Shown piece by piece: positions 50,932 to 60,597 of a DNA stretch of 64,000 nt. Origin of the DNA: an uncultured delta proteobacterium (GTDB taxonomy: Bacteria > Desulfobacterota > BSN033 > UBA1163); assembly GCA_963731045.1 (NCBI GenBank), contig CAVSVC010000052.1, forward strand, positions 102,947-166,946, in the 5' to 3' direction. Under the pieces are notes generated by a model that was not told where the DNA came from, did not search any database, and saw nothing but the letters and a program-made list of their open reading frames with translations. Numbering within the stretch: the stretch's first letter is position 1; every line of letters begins with the position of its first letter. The position numbers were made by a program, and so were the translations under genes.

Positions 50932-51816
50932 TTACACACGTTCGATTCTCGTCCAGCCCCAGAGGCCATAGGGTTTGAACAGAAGGATGACCACCATCAC
51001 GGCAAAAGGGAAGACCTCCTTGACACCGCCCGGGGTGAACCGGCTCAGATAGCCGTCGGCCAGGTTCTGGAGAACCCCGATGACCAGTCCCCCCACAATG
51101 GCCCCGGGAACCGAATTCAATCCCCCGAGGACGACCGCCGGGAGGACCAGCAGCCCCAGATAACCCACGGAGATATTCAACCCGTTGATATTCCCCAGGA
51201 GAGTTCCGCCGACTCCGGAGGCCATGAAGGCGATGGCCCAGGCCAGGGCGTAAACGATCTTCGCGTTGACGCCCACCGAAAGGGCCGCCATTTCATCGTC
51301 GGCAGTGGCCTGCATCGACAGCCCCCATTTCGTGTATTTGAAAAAGATAACAAAGGCGATCAGGAGGATCATCGATGCCACGAACGCCCACAGGTAGACC
51401 TGGCCGACAACGATTTTGCCGAAGAAGATCGGTTCCATCGGAAAGACGGGAGGTGTGAAAACCACGGTATCCGTTCCCCACAACAACTCCACCATGCCTT
51501 TGAAGAAGAAGGAGAGGCCTACTGTGACCATGATGACGCTCAGGACGGGTTCTCCCACCATGGGCCTCAGAAAAAGGTGCTCGGTCAGGAGTCCCAGGAC
51601 GAATCCGACCACCAGCGTGAGAAGGAGGGCGGGAATGAAAGGGATGCCCCAGTTATAGAACATGAGGCAGACATAAGCTCCGATCAGGGTGAGTTCCCCC
51701 ATGGCAAGGTTGAGGACTCCGGAACACTTATAGATGAGCGTCCACCCGAGGGCCACCAGGGCATAGATGCTTCCCACCAGGATCCCGGTGATCAAGAGCT
51801 GTAAGAAGAGTTCCAT
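50932..51816 (-). CDS. livH: branched-chain amino acid-type ABC transporter permease (LivH-like)
   Basis: The internal ATG (MELFLQLLITGILVGSIYALVALGW) is the conserved LivH N-terminus and is preceded by GGAGG. The upstream part of ORF 50932..52014 runs into the repeat element. Confidence 0.85.
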   Translation of the reverse strand: MELFLQLLITGILVGSIYALVALGWTLIYKCSGVLNLAMGELTLIGAYVCLMFYNWGIPFIPALLLTLVVGFVLGLLTEHLFLRPMVGEPVLSVIMVTVGLSFFFKGMVELLWGTDTVVFTPPVFPMEPIFFGKIVVGQVYLWAFVASMILLIAFVIFFKYTKWGLSMQATADDEMAALSVGVNAKIVYALAWAIAFMASGVGGTLLGNINGLNISVGYLGLLVLPAVVLGGLNSVPGAIVGGLVIGVLQNLADGYLSRFTPGGVKEVFPFAVMVVILLFKPYGLWGWTRIERV

Positions 51817-51837
51817 AAAAAACCTCCAGATAGAATA

Positions 51838-51910
51838 CCGGAATATTGGAATGGTGGAATGCTGGAATATTGGAAAACCACTATTCCATTCTTCCGATAT
51901 TCCATTGCTC
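51838..51910. repeat. octamer-repeat hairpin element (TGGAATAT-type), copy E5
   Basis: ccggaatattggaatggtggaatgctggaatattggaaaacc | actattccattcttccgatattccattgctcc, with almost no loop. Confidence 0.7.
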
Positions 51911-51916
51911 CCGATC

Positions 51917-53851
51917 TTATTGCGGCACTTCCAAGACCTTGAGATCGGTCTTGATGTGGATGACCCTTCCGTCTTCGTAGGTGATATCGGTGTCCATATG
52001 GATAAGGTCCACATCCGAATAAAGGCCCCTCACGATCTCTTTGTACCTCTCTTCCACAAAGGCTCTCCGCAGTTTCCGGGTCCGGGTCAATTCATCATCG
52101 TCCGCATCGAACTCCTTGTAGAGGTTGACGAACTTCCTGATCCGGGCGATGGGAGGAAGATCCCGGTTCATTTTGCTGATTTCACTTCCGACCAGTTCAT
52201 AGACTTGAGGCATCTGGGAGAGTTCAGTATAACTGGTGTAGGTAATGTTCCGGTCTTCCGCCCATTTTCCCACAACGGTATAATCGATACACATGACGCA
52301 AACAACATAAGGCCTGCCGTCTCCAATGGCCCACACGTCCCTGATATAGGGGCTGAACTTCAGGCGGGTTTCCAGATACTGGGGAGCGAATTTCGTTCCG
52401 TCCTTCAAGGTCATCACATCTTTCGTCCGGTCAAAAACGACGAGGTGGCCGTCCGCGTCCAGGAATCCTGTGTCTCCGGAGTAGAGCCAGCCATCCCGGA
52501 GGGCCTTCGCGGTTTCCTCGGGCATCTTATAGTATCCCTGGAAAACGGAGGAACTTTTCGAGATGATCTCCCCGTCAGGGGTGATCTTCACTTCCGTTCC
52601 GGGAATCGATTTGCCCACCGTGTCAAACTTGATATCGTTGTCATAATGGAGGACGGAGATCCCCGCGATCTCCGTCTGGCCATAGATCTGCTTTAGGTTC
52701 ACCCCGATGGCATGGAAGAAGCGGAAATGATCCGGCCCCATGGCCGCCCCGCCCGTGTACGTGTATCGGATCCTGGAGAGACCCAGGTGGTCCTTCAGTT
52801 TCTTATGAACGGCGAGGTAGGCAAGGTAATGAAGGGCCTTCCAGTGCCAGGGAACGGATTTTTTCTGGAATTCCAACTCGGCCACGTGATACCCGATCTT
52901 CATGGCCCACTCGTAGGCCTTCCGCTTGGACCAGGAGGAATCCAGGTACTTCACCTGCACGGTCCGGACCATCTGCTCATAAATCCGGGGCGGGGCGAAC
53001 ATGACGTGAGGCCCGATTTCTCTGATGTTCTCCTGGGCCGTTTCCGGTTCCTCCGGAAAGTTGAGCGTAAAGCCTGCGTGGAGTCCGCAGGAGATCGACA
53101 TCATCTGTTCCCCGATCCAGGCAAAGGGAAGGTAGGAGACAAAGTCATCCGATTCGAAATAGGGATCGACCCGCATCAGGTTCTGCCCCATGGTCAACAT
53201 ATTGTAGTGACTGAGTAGGGCCCCTTTGGGCAGGGAGGTGGTCCCGGAGGTATAAAAGAGGAGACAGATGTCGTCTCCCTTTCCTTTCATCACCAGGTCT
53301 TCAAAAAGGGCGGGCTCCTTCCTGTCGAGGTCCTCACCCATTCTCATGACTTCCTTAAGACTGATGAGGATCGGGTCCTGATATCCCCTCATCCCTTTCG
53401 GGTCGTCCCAGAGCATCTTCTTGAGCTTGGGGCACTTCGATTTGATGGTCAGGCACTTGTCCACTTCTTCCTGACCCTCTCCCACCATCAGCTTGGCATC
53501 GGAGTGATCGATGATGTATTGAACTTCGTCGATCAGGGAATCCTGAAACAACCAGACCCCGACGGCTCCGACACACATGGCAGCCATCTCGGCCCAGAGG
53601 GCTTCGGGCCGGTTGTCACCGATCATGGCCACCTTGTCGCCCCTTTCGAGGCCGAGAGAGACCATTCCCAGGGCGATCCGCTTGACATTCTCATAGTACT
53701 GCTTCCAGGTGATCGGGACCCAGATCCCAAATTCCTTTTCCCTCATGGCCACTTTCTTGTCCCCGTATTTCCCGGCAGACTGCAGAAAGAGCTTGGGGAT
53801 GGTCAGGTCTTTTGTGATCTCCAGGTTCTTCCAGTTATCGACGCGAGACAT
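51917..53851 (-). CDS. long-chain fatty acid-CoA ligase (AMP-forming acyl-CoA synthetase)
   Basis: 644-aa product with ..YTSGTTSLPKGA.. AMP-binding motif and ..GWLYSGDTG... It is embedded in the Liv-type ABC operon, and its start overlaps the livG stop. Confidence 0.85.
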   Translation of the reverse strand: MSRVDNWKNLEITKDLTIPKLFLQSAGKYGDKKVAMREKEFGIWVPITWKQYYENVKRIALGMVSLGLERGDKVAMIGDNRPEALWAEMAAMCVGAVGVWLFQDSLIDEVQYIIDHSDAKLMVGEGQEEVDKCLTIKSKCPKLKKMLWDDPKGMRGYQDPILISLKEVMRMGEDLDRKEPALFEDLVMKGKGDDICLLFYTSGTTSLPKGALLSHYNMLTMGQNLMRVDPYFESDDFVSYLPFAWIGEQMMSISCGLHAGFTLNFPEEPETAQENIREIGPHVMFAPPRIYEQMVRTVQVKYLDSSWSKRKAYEWAMKIGYHVAELEFQKKSVPWHWKALHYLAYLAVHKKLKDHLGLSRIRYTYTGGAAMGPDHFRFFHAIGVNLKQIYGQTEIAGISVLHYDNDIKFDTVGKSIPGTEVKITPDGEIISKSSSVFQGYYKMPEETAKALRDGWLYSGDTGFLDADGHLVVFDRTKDVMTLKDGTKFAPQYLETRLKFSPYIRDVWAIGDGRPYVVCVMCIDYTVVGKWAEDRNITYTSYTELSQMPQVYELVGSEISKMNRDLPPIARIRKFVNLYKEFDADDDELTRTRKLRRAFVEERYKEIVRGLYSDVDLIHMDTDITYEDGRVIHIKTDLKVLEVPQ

Positions 53852-54644
53852 ACAAATCCTCAGCCTCCCCGAGATAGGCTTTCACCACCTGGGGATTGCC
53901 CTGGACCTCTGAAGGGGTTCCGTCCGCGATCTTCTCGCCGAAATTCAGAGCCATCACCCGGTGGGAGATATCCATCACAACACCCATGTCATGCTCTACC
54001 AGGACACAGGTCGTCTGCCAGCGTTCCTCTTCATTGATGTCCAGAATAAACCTGGCCATGTCCTCCACCTCCTCGAGGTTGAGGCCTGCCAGGGGCTCAT
54101 CCAGGAGAATGATTTTCGGGTTCAAGGCAAGGGCCCTGGCCAGTTCCACCCGTTTTTGAAGCCCGTAGGGAAGCATGCCCACCACCTTGTCCCGAATGTG
54201 TTCGATCTCGAGAAGATCGATGATCTCCCGTTCGATAAAATCCCTGTGCTCGATCTCTTCCCTCGCCGTCTTTCCCAGGTAGAAGGTGCCGTTGAAAAGC
54301 CCTGTCTTGAGGTGGATGTGGCGTCCCAGGCGGATATTGTCGAGGACCGTGGTCCCTTTAAAGAGTTCGATCTTCTGGAAGGTTCGGGAGATTCCCTTTA
54401 TGGCCCTCCGATAGGGCTTCAGACGGGTAATGTCCTCTCCATCGAAGAAGATCTGCCCTTTCTGGGGATGGTATAGTCCGTTAATGCAATTCAGGAGAAC
54501 CGTTTTCCCTGCGCCATTGGGACCGATGATGGAGAAGATTTCGCCTTTCTTCACTTCAAAACTGATCCCCAGAAGGGCCTGGACACCTCCGAAAGCCATG
54601 TGAAGATTGCTGACCTTGAGCTGGACTTCCTGGGTGAGGGCCAT
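53835..54644 (-). CDS. livG: branched-chain amino acid-type ABC transporter ATP-binding protein (LivG-like)
   Basis: ..IIGPNGAGKTV.. Walker A, ..ILLLDEPLAGLN.. Walker B. The ATG at 54644 (MALTQEVQLKVSNLHMAFGG) is preceded by AAAGGAG. Confidence 0.85.
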   Translation of the reverse strand: MALTQEVQLKVSNLHMAFGGVQALLGISFEVKKGEIFSIIGPNGAGKTVLLNCINGLYHPQKGQIFFDGEDITRLKPYRRAIKGISRTFQKIELFKGTTVLDNIRLGRHIHLKTGLFNGTFYLGKTAREEIEHRDFIEREIIDLLEIEHIRDKVVGMLPYGLQKRVELARALALNPKIILLDEPLAGLNLEEVEDMARFILDINEEERWQTTCVLVEHDMGVVMDISHRVMALNFGEKIADGTPSEVQGNPQVVKAYLGEAEDLYVSRR

Positions 54645-54734
54645 CAGGGACTCCTTTCTCGTGAGGCGACCGGCGGATTCCAAAAACACATTTTAACCTC
54701 CTGAACAGTCCCTCGCAAGAAATGGAAATTTGTG

Positions 54735-54768
54735 AAAAAAACCCTCCCGTGGTCGGGAGTCTTCCCAC
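54735..54768 (-). terminator. intrinsic terminator / attenuator in leader of livG-acyl-CoA synthetase operon (minus strand)
   Basis: Minus strand reads CTCCCGACCACGGGAGGG followed by TTTTTTTCAC, about 100 nt upstream of the livG ATG. Confidence 0.6.
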
Positions 54769-55148
54769 CCTCAGGATATCACGGGTCTTCCCCCTCGGGT
54801 TACTCCGGGACCTGATTGGCGCTGAAAATCCCCGTCACGCTATGAATCACACAACCGTAGGGGTTTGGCAGGAAAGGATTTAGTGAAGCTCTCCGCCCTA
54901 AAGGGCGGAGCTTCCCGGTAAGGTACTCTCACTTATATTGTGTCCCTTCACCCCGGTCTGAAGACCGGGGTGAAGGGACACGGGCCGGCCAAATGAGCAA
55001 GAAAATAGGCTATTTAAACCTGATTAGCATTAGTTCTTCCCCTTGTCAAGAGGAAACAGGCGATTGCCGTCAAATGTGAAAAGAATCTTTTTAATTCACT
55101 GATGGGAAGAGAATGAGAATCGATCCAAGAGGTTCCGAAACGTTAAGG

Positions 55149-55511
55149 TTAAGCCAGGGAGGACAGCAGGAACCCCAAGCAGATAAACAGGATCCCCAGA
55201 TAACGTAATGTGGGAATGGTTTCAAGAAAGACGAATCGGGCTGAAAGCATCACGAGGATGAATATGAGAGCGGCAAAAGGGTAGACGAAACTCAGGGTTG
55301 TCTTGGAGAGGGCGATGAGCCAGACGAGGGTGCTGAGGACATAAAGGACCCATCCCGAAAAAACGAGGGGGTTGAAGATCAGCTTAAGCAAATCAGCGAT
55401 CATAGAGCCCTTCAGTGTGATCTCGCCCGTGACGAAAATCCCCTTTTTGAAAAGGACTTGACCTAAGGTGGCCGAAACGACCGATAGGAGGAGCAACCAC
55501 GTTGGTATCAT
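55149..55511 (-). CDS. small EamA/SMR-type 4-TM membrane protein (ArnE/ArnF-like flippase subunit candidate)
   Basis: 120-aa product with four hydrophobic segments; divergent from the arnT operon. Confidence 0.6.
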   Translation of the reverse strand: MIPTWLLLLSVVSATLGQVLFKKGIFVTGEITLKGSMIADLLKLIFNPLVFSGWVLYVLSTLVWLIALSKTTLSFVYPFAALIFILVMLSARFVFLETIPTLRYLGILFICLGFLLSSLA

Positions 55512-55797
55512 TAGGGGTCCCCTTTTTTGATGAGTTATGATACTGTGATAATTAACCCACTTTCGAAGGGGTCGTCAAACGTATTGACAGGATTCACAGG
55601 AAGTGTTCTCCTACGGTGTGCAACAGGAGAGGTTTTCGGCCTTTCAGACTCGATCGGGGGAGGCCCTTTGCCGGAAGGAGATCAGGAGAAGAAGATGGAC
55701 CCCGGAACGCGACACACTGCATGAAGGAATCTTAACCGAGGCTTAATGCGCATCTAATTTTCACGTGGTAAGATATCTTTCGGATCTGCAAGGAAAG

Positions 55798-57555
55798 ATG
55801 CTGGTCTTTCCTGCTCTCAAAACACAGAGTACCGAGGAGCTTGGAGATTTGACCGAGGTGAATAGAACAAAGTGGGAGAAGGAGAAGATCCTTTTCCTTT
55901 TTCTGATCCCCTTCTTTCTTTATATCTTGCTGCTCCCCGTGATGCCTCTCATCGAGCCTGACGAGGCCCGTTATAGTGATATCGCCAGTCTCATGAACCG
56001 AACAGGGGATTACGTCACTCCTCATCTGTTTCACTTGGTTTACCTTGAAAAACCTCCTCTTTGCTACTGGGCCACCGCACTGTCGTTTAAGATATTTGGA
56101 GAGAGCGAGTTCTCCTCAAGGCTTTTTGTTGCCCTTTGCGCCTGGGGATGTATTCTTCTGGTTTATCGGATCGGAACGTTCTTTCGTGACGAAAAGACCG
56201 GGCTCTATTCTGCCGGAGTGTTGAGCACGTTTCTCTTTCATTCCCTGCTTGGGAAAATCAATGTCTTGGATATGCCTCTCACCCTCTTCGTTTCTCTCGG
56301 GATCTGGGCAGGATATCGGCACTTTGCCGGGGGCGGCCGGAGGAAAGGCTGGATTTATCTTTTCTATGCAAGCAGTGCTTTAGCCTTTCTGACAAAAGGA
56401 TTGATTGGGGTCGTCTTCCCTTTCGCGGTCATCCTCCTCTGGTTGCTTCTCTCGAGGAGGTGGCGTGACGGTTTGAGGCTCTTTTCTCCCGTAGGCGTCG
56501 CCTTGTTCCTTTTGATCTCCTGTCCATGGATCATTCTGGTTCAGAAAGCGAATAAAGACTTCCTTTGGTTCTTTTTCGTGAAGGAACATTTCCTGAGATA
56601 CACGACGACCCTGCACAATCGGGACGAAGGCCTCTTGTTCTATCTTCCCATTGTCGCCTTAGGAACGTTGCCGTGGTCTGCCTTCCTACTCAAAGCTTGG
56701 AAAGAAGGGAGGATCAAAGGGACGCTCCTTTTCCCGCCAGCCGAGATGCGATTCCTCCTCGTGTGGATTGTCTTTATCTTCGTTTTCTTCTCCGTTTCTT
56801 CCTCTCAACTGCCTCCCTACATCGGTCCTATTTTCTTGCCCCTTGCCGTGATTTTTGCCCGTCTCTTCCGATTGTATGAAGAGAGGCGTGGCGCCCAGGA
56901 AAAGGGCAGAGGCCGCAGACTTCTTTATCATCTCCCGGTTTTTTTGCCGATGGTTCTTTTCGTTTCCGCTTTGCTTCTCCCTCCTTTTATGGGAAATGTG
57001 AGAATTGGCAAACACCTGATAAAAATGCATTTCGAATATGAGTGGCGGCTGATGATTCTGCCTGTTTTGTTCCAGGGGATGATTGTTTTTCTGCCCGGGC
57101 TCGTTCAAAGAAAATGGGGAAGGGGATGGTTCCCAACGATCGCCGTTCTTTCGGCCCTCTTCTTAATTTCCGTCCACTTCCCCAGTGCTCGTTTTCTGAC
57201 TCCCCGGAAGTCCGCCTCTTCTGTCTCAAAAGCGATCCATGCGTGGGTTCCTCCGGATGGGAAAGTACTCCAATATGACATGGTTCTTTATGGAATTGAT
57301 TTCTATAACCACATCCGAACGCCTGTCTACGGCGCGATTGGAGAACTGGCATACGGGTATCTCAAACTTTCCGAGGCGGAAAGGCGCCGTTATTTCTTGT
57401 CCCCTGCAGAATTCTTCGAACAGTGCCAAGAATGCGTTGAAATTTACATCGCGACGCGATATAAGAAGAACGTGGAGGAACTGAGAAAAGGGTTTCCCAC
57501 CCTGGAAGTCCTGTGGGATAACGGGTATTATTATCTCCTGCGGTTGCGGCGGTAA
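55798..57555 (+). CDS. arnT: undecaprenyl phosphate-alpha-4-amino-4-deoxy-L-arabinose arabinosyl transferase ArnT-like (GT83/PMT_2 family)
   Basis: ..PLIEPDEARYSDIASLMNRTGDYVTPHLF.. matches the ArnT N-terminal catalytic motif. The product is polytopic. The ATG at 55798 is preceded by AAGGAAAG. Confidence 0.85.
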   Translation: MLVFPALKTQSTEELGDLTEVNRTKWEKEKILFLFLIPFFLYILLLPVMPLIEPDEARYSDIASLMNRTGDYVTPHLFHLVYLEKPPLCYWATALSFKIFGESEFSSRLFVALCAWGCILLVYRIGTFFRDEKTGLYSAGVLSTFLFHSLLGKINVLDMPLTLFVSLGIWAGYRHFAGGGRRKGWIYLFYASSALAFLTKGLIGVVFPFAVILLWLLLSRRWRDGLRLFSPVGVALFLLISCPWIILVQKANKDFLWFFFVKEHFLRYTTTLHNRDEGLLFYLPIVALGTLPWSAFLLKAWKEGRIKGTLLFPPAEMRFLLVWIVFIFVFFSVSSSQLPPYIGPIFLPLAVIFARLFRLYEERRGAQEKGRGRRLLYHLPVFLPMVLFVSALLLPPFMGNVRIGKHLIKMHFEYEWRLMILPVLFQGMIVFLPGLVQRKWGRGWFPTIAVLSALFLISVHFPSARFLTPRKSASSVSKAIHAWVPPDGKVLQYDMVLYGIDFYNHIRTPVYGAIGELAYGYLKLSEAERRRYFLSPAEFFEQCQECVEIYIATRYKKNVEELRKGFPTLEVLWDNGYYYLLRLRR

Positions 57556-57591
57556 TGCCACAAGTGAATCGATGAATGAGGATGATGGCCT

Positions 57592-58743
57592 ATGGAGATT
57601 CGTAAAGGGTTCTTACCGATGAGCCGCCCTTCGATTGGCGAGAAGGAGATCGAGGCGGTTGTCTCATGCTTGAAGTCGGGCTGGATTACCACAGGACCTC
57701 TCTGTAAGGACTTTGAAGAGAGGTTCTGTGAAATCACCCATGCCTCCCATGCCGTTTCCGTTTCTTCGGGGACGGCCGGCATGCACCTGCTGATGCTCGC
57801 CATGGGGATCAAGAAAGGAGATGAGGTGATCACCCCTTCGATGACCTTTGCATCGACGTTGAATATGATCACCTTGTGCGGGGCAAAACCTGTCTTTGTG
57901 GACGTCGATTACGAGACCCTGAACATCAATCCGGATCTGATCGAAAAGAAGATTACTGGAAAGACGAAGGCCATTATCCCGGTCCATTTTGCAGGGGCGC
58001 CTGTGGACATGGACAGGGTCCTGGAGATTGCCGGAAAGTACGGCCTGCCGGTGATCGAAGACGCAGCGCACGGCCTCGGCGCCACCTGCAGGGGTGTTCC
58101 TGTGGGGGGATGGGGTCAGGTCGCGATCTTCTCCTTTCATCCGATCAAGAACATCACGACCGGAGAGGGAGGGATGATTACCCATAGCAACGATGAGCTC
58201 GAAAGCCGGTTGAGGCTTCTCAGATTTCATGGAATTGAACGGGACGCATGGAAGAGATACGGCAAGGGGGGGAACCCGGAGTATGACATTCGGACTCCCG
58301 GATTTAAGTATAACCTGACGGATCTCCAGGCTGCGCTGGGGCTGGTTCAGCTGGCAAGGCTGGAGGAGATGAACGGCCGCAGGAGGCACCTTGCTGATTT
58401 GTACCGAAGAGGGCTGGAAGGGGTCCAGGGACTGGACCTGCCGGGGGTTCCGGCCTATCCCCACCTCCATGCATGGCACCTCTTTGTGGTCAAGGTTGTT
58501 TCCATGGAGCGGGGACCTTTCATGCAAAAGCTCGCCGATTACGAGATCGGGTACGGGATTCACTTCCCGGCTGCGCACCGGCTGGGCTATCTCCGGGAAC
58601 GATTTAAAATCAAGAAGGGGGAGTTGAAGGAAACAGAGCGGGCCACCGACAGACTGGTCTCCCTGCCGCTGTTTCCAGACATGAAGGAAGAGGATGTTTC
58701 CTATGTCTGCGAGGCCCTTCGGGAGATCCTGAAACATGGGTAA
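57592..58743 (+). CDS. arnB: UDP-4-amino-4-deoxy-L-arabinose--oxoglutarate aminotransferase (DegT/ArnB family)
   Basis: Collinear with E. coli ArnB (..LPMSRPSIG..SGWITTGP..AIIPVHFAGAP..FSFHPIKNIT..YKYNLTDLQAA..). Confidence 0.9.
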   Translation: MEIRKGFLPMSRPSIGEKEIEAVVSCLKSGWITTGPLCKDFEERFCEITHASHAVSVSSGTAGMHLLMLAMGIKKGDEVITPSMTFASTLNMITLCGAKPVFVDVDYETLNINPDLIEKKITGKTKAIIPVHFAGAPVDMDRVLEIAGKYGLPVIEDAAHGLGATCRGVPVGGWGQVAIFSFHPIKNITTGEGGMITHSNDELESRLRLLRFHGIERDAWKRYGKGGNPEYDIRTPGFKYNLTDLQAALGLVQLARLEEMNGRRRHLADLYRRGLEGVQGLDLPGVPAYPHLHAWHLFVVKVVSMERGPFMQKLADYEIGYGIHFPAAHRLGYLRERFKIKKGELKETERATDRLVSLPLFPDMKEEDVSYVCEALREILKHG

Positions 58744-59677
58744 CGAGGCCGTGATTTCTCTGGTGATTCCAGTGTACAACGAGGAAGCAAACCTGTCCCG
58801 GCTCATGGAACGACTCAGGCCCGTCATGTCCGGCATGGGAAGGCGTTATGAGGCGATCTTTGTCGATGACGGAAGCCGGGACAACAGCCTGTCGATCCTG
58901 AAAAGTTTCCTGATCCACCCTGAAGTCAGGGTCGTGGAACTGACACGAAACTACGGGCAGCACGCGGCCATTTTTTCCGGGTTTTCTGTTACCCGGGGGG
59001 ACATCGTGATCACTCTGGACGCCGATCTCCAGAATCCTCCGGAAGAGATTCCAAGACTGGTCAGGGTGATGGAAGAGGGGGACTATGAGGTGGTGGGAAC
59101 GATCCGGAAGGAACGAAAGGATTCCTTCTTCCGGACCGCCTCATCGCGTCTGATCAACAAGGTTGCCCGGAGGATCACCAAGGTCAACATGTCGGACTGG
59201 GGGTGTATGCTCCGGGCTTACAGGAAAAATATCGTAGACCGGATGGTGAACTGCCACGAGCATTCCACCTTCATCCCCGCCCTGGCGACTTATTTTGCCA
59301 AGAAGGTGACGGAGATTGAGGTGGCCCACGAAGCAAGGCATGGCGGAGAGACCCACTATTCGCTGCGAAAGCTGATCAACCTTCAGTTTGACCTGGTGTC
59401 GTCCTTCTCCGATTTTCCATTGAAATGGATCATGTATGCCGGCATCGGAATGGCCATTCTCGGGGTCTCCTTCGGGATCGTTCTGGGGATTGCCAGGGCT
59501 CTCTATGGTGCCGCCTGGGCTGCCGAAGGTGTTTTTACGCTGTTCGCCATTCTTTTTGCCTTTGTGGGGTTTCAGTTTTTCGCCCTGGGAATCATGGGCG
59601 AGTACATCGGTCGTATCTACAGAGAGGTCAGGAAAAGGCCCGAGTACGTTATTGAAAGGATCTATCCCCCCGGATGA
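58736..59677 (+). CDS. arnC: undecaprenyl-phosphate 4-deoxy-4-formamido-L-arabinose transferase (GT2)
   Basis: VIPVYNEE..VDDGSRD.. GT2 motifs plus C-terminal TM helices. The start overlaps the arnB stop. Confidence 0.9.
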   Translation: MGNEAVISLVIPVYNEEANLSRLMERLRPVMSGMGRRYEAIFVDDGSRDNSLSILKSFLIHPEVRVVELTRNYGQHAAIFSGFSVTRGDIVITLDADLQNPPEEIPRLVRVMEEGDYEVVGTIRKERKDSFFRTASSRLINKVARRITKVNMSDWGCMLRAYRKNIVDRMVNCHEHSTFIPALATYFAKKVTEIEVAHEARHGGETHYSLRKLINLQFDLVSSFSDFPLKWIMYAGIGMAILGVSFGIVLGIARALYGAAWAAEGVFTLFAILFAFVGFQFFALGIMGEYIGRIYREVRKRPEYVIERIYPPG

Positions 59678-60597
59678 AAACCGTGGTGTTTGCTTACCAT
59701 AATTTGGGAATCGTGGGTCTGGAGGCCCTGGCGCGGGAAGGGTTCGACATCCGGGCTGTCTTTTCCCATGAGGATGACCCCGAAGAGAACATCTGGTTCG
59801 GGTCGGTCGTGGAATGGGCGAAGCAGAACCAGATCCCCGTCTTCTGTCCTCCGCAGATCAATCGACCTGATTGGATCGAAAAGGTCCGCGCCCTCTCTCC
59901 GGATGTGATTTTTTCATTCTACTATCGCCACCTGCTCGGCAGGGACATTCTGATGATTCCGCGGGCCGGGTCCTTCAATCTTCATGGTTCTTTGCTGCCG
60001 GCCTACCGGGGAAGGTGCCCGGTCAACTGGGTGCTTGTCAACGGCGAAAAGCGCACAGGGGTTACCCTCCATCACATGCTTGAAGCCCCCGACGCAGGGG
60101 ATCTCGTCGGGCAGAAAGAAGTGGTTATCGATTTCGAGGATACAGCCCGCACCCTTTATCAGAAGCTTTGTGCAAAGGCAAAGGAACTCCTGGATGAGAT
60201 GCTTCCGCTGATCAGGAAAGGGGTTGCCCCGCGCATCGCACAGAACCTGAAACAGGGAAGTTATTACGGAGGGCGAAGGCCTGAGGACGGAAGGATAGAC
60301 TGGAACTGGCCCGTGATGAGAATCTACAACCTGGTCAGAGCCGTCACGGAGCCCTATCCCGGCGCTTTCACTCTCTTCCCGGAAGGTGAGAAGTTGTTCA
60401 TCTGGTGGGCCCTGCCCGAAGAAGTCCGTGTCCGCACGGGGGGAGTGGGGTCGCTTGAATTTGAAAAGGACGATGCGTACGTGAGGGCGTCGGATGGAAG
60501 ACTGAAATTGTTGGAGATTGAAGTAGACCAGAAGAGGATGATGGGCGGCAGGCTCGTTGATTTTCTCAGAAAAAAGGAGGGCGTTGTCCTGAAATGA
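59674..60597 (+). CDS. arnA: UDP-4-amino-4-deoxy-L-arabinose formyltransferase (ArnA N-terminal domain as separate protein)
   Basis: Formyltransferase fold (..SFNLHGSLLPAYRGRCPVNWVLVNGE..). ATGA overlap with arnC. Confidence 0.85.
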   Translation: MKTVVFAYHNLGIVGLEALAREGFDIRAVFSHEDDPEENIWFGSVVEWAKQNQIPVFCPPQINRPDWIEKVRALSPDVIFSFYYRHLLGRDILMIPRAGSFNLHGSLLPAYRGRCPVNWVLVNGEKRTGVTLHHMLEAPDAGDLVGQKEVVIDFEDTARTLYQKLCAKAKELLDEMLPLIRKGVAPRIAQNLKQGSYYGGRRPEDGRIDWNWPVMRIYNLVRAVTEPYPGAFTLFPEGEKLFIWWALPEEVRVRTGGVGSLEFEKDDAYVRASDGRLKLLEIEVDQKRMMGGRLVDFLRKKEGVVLK

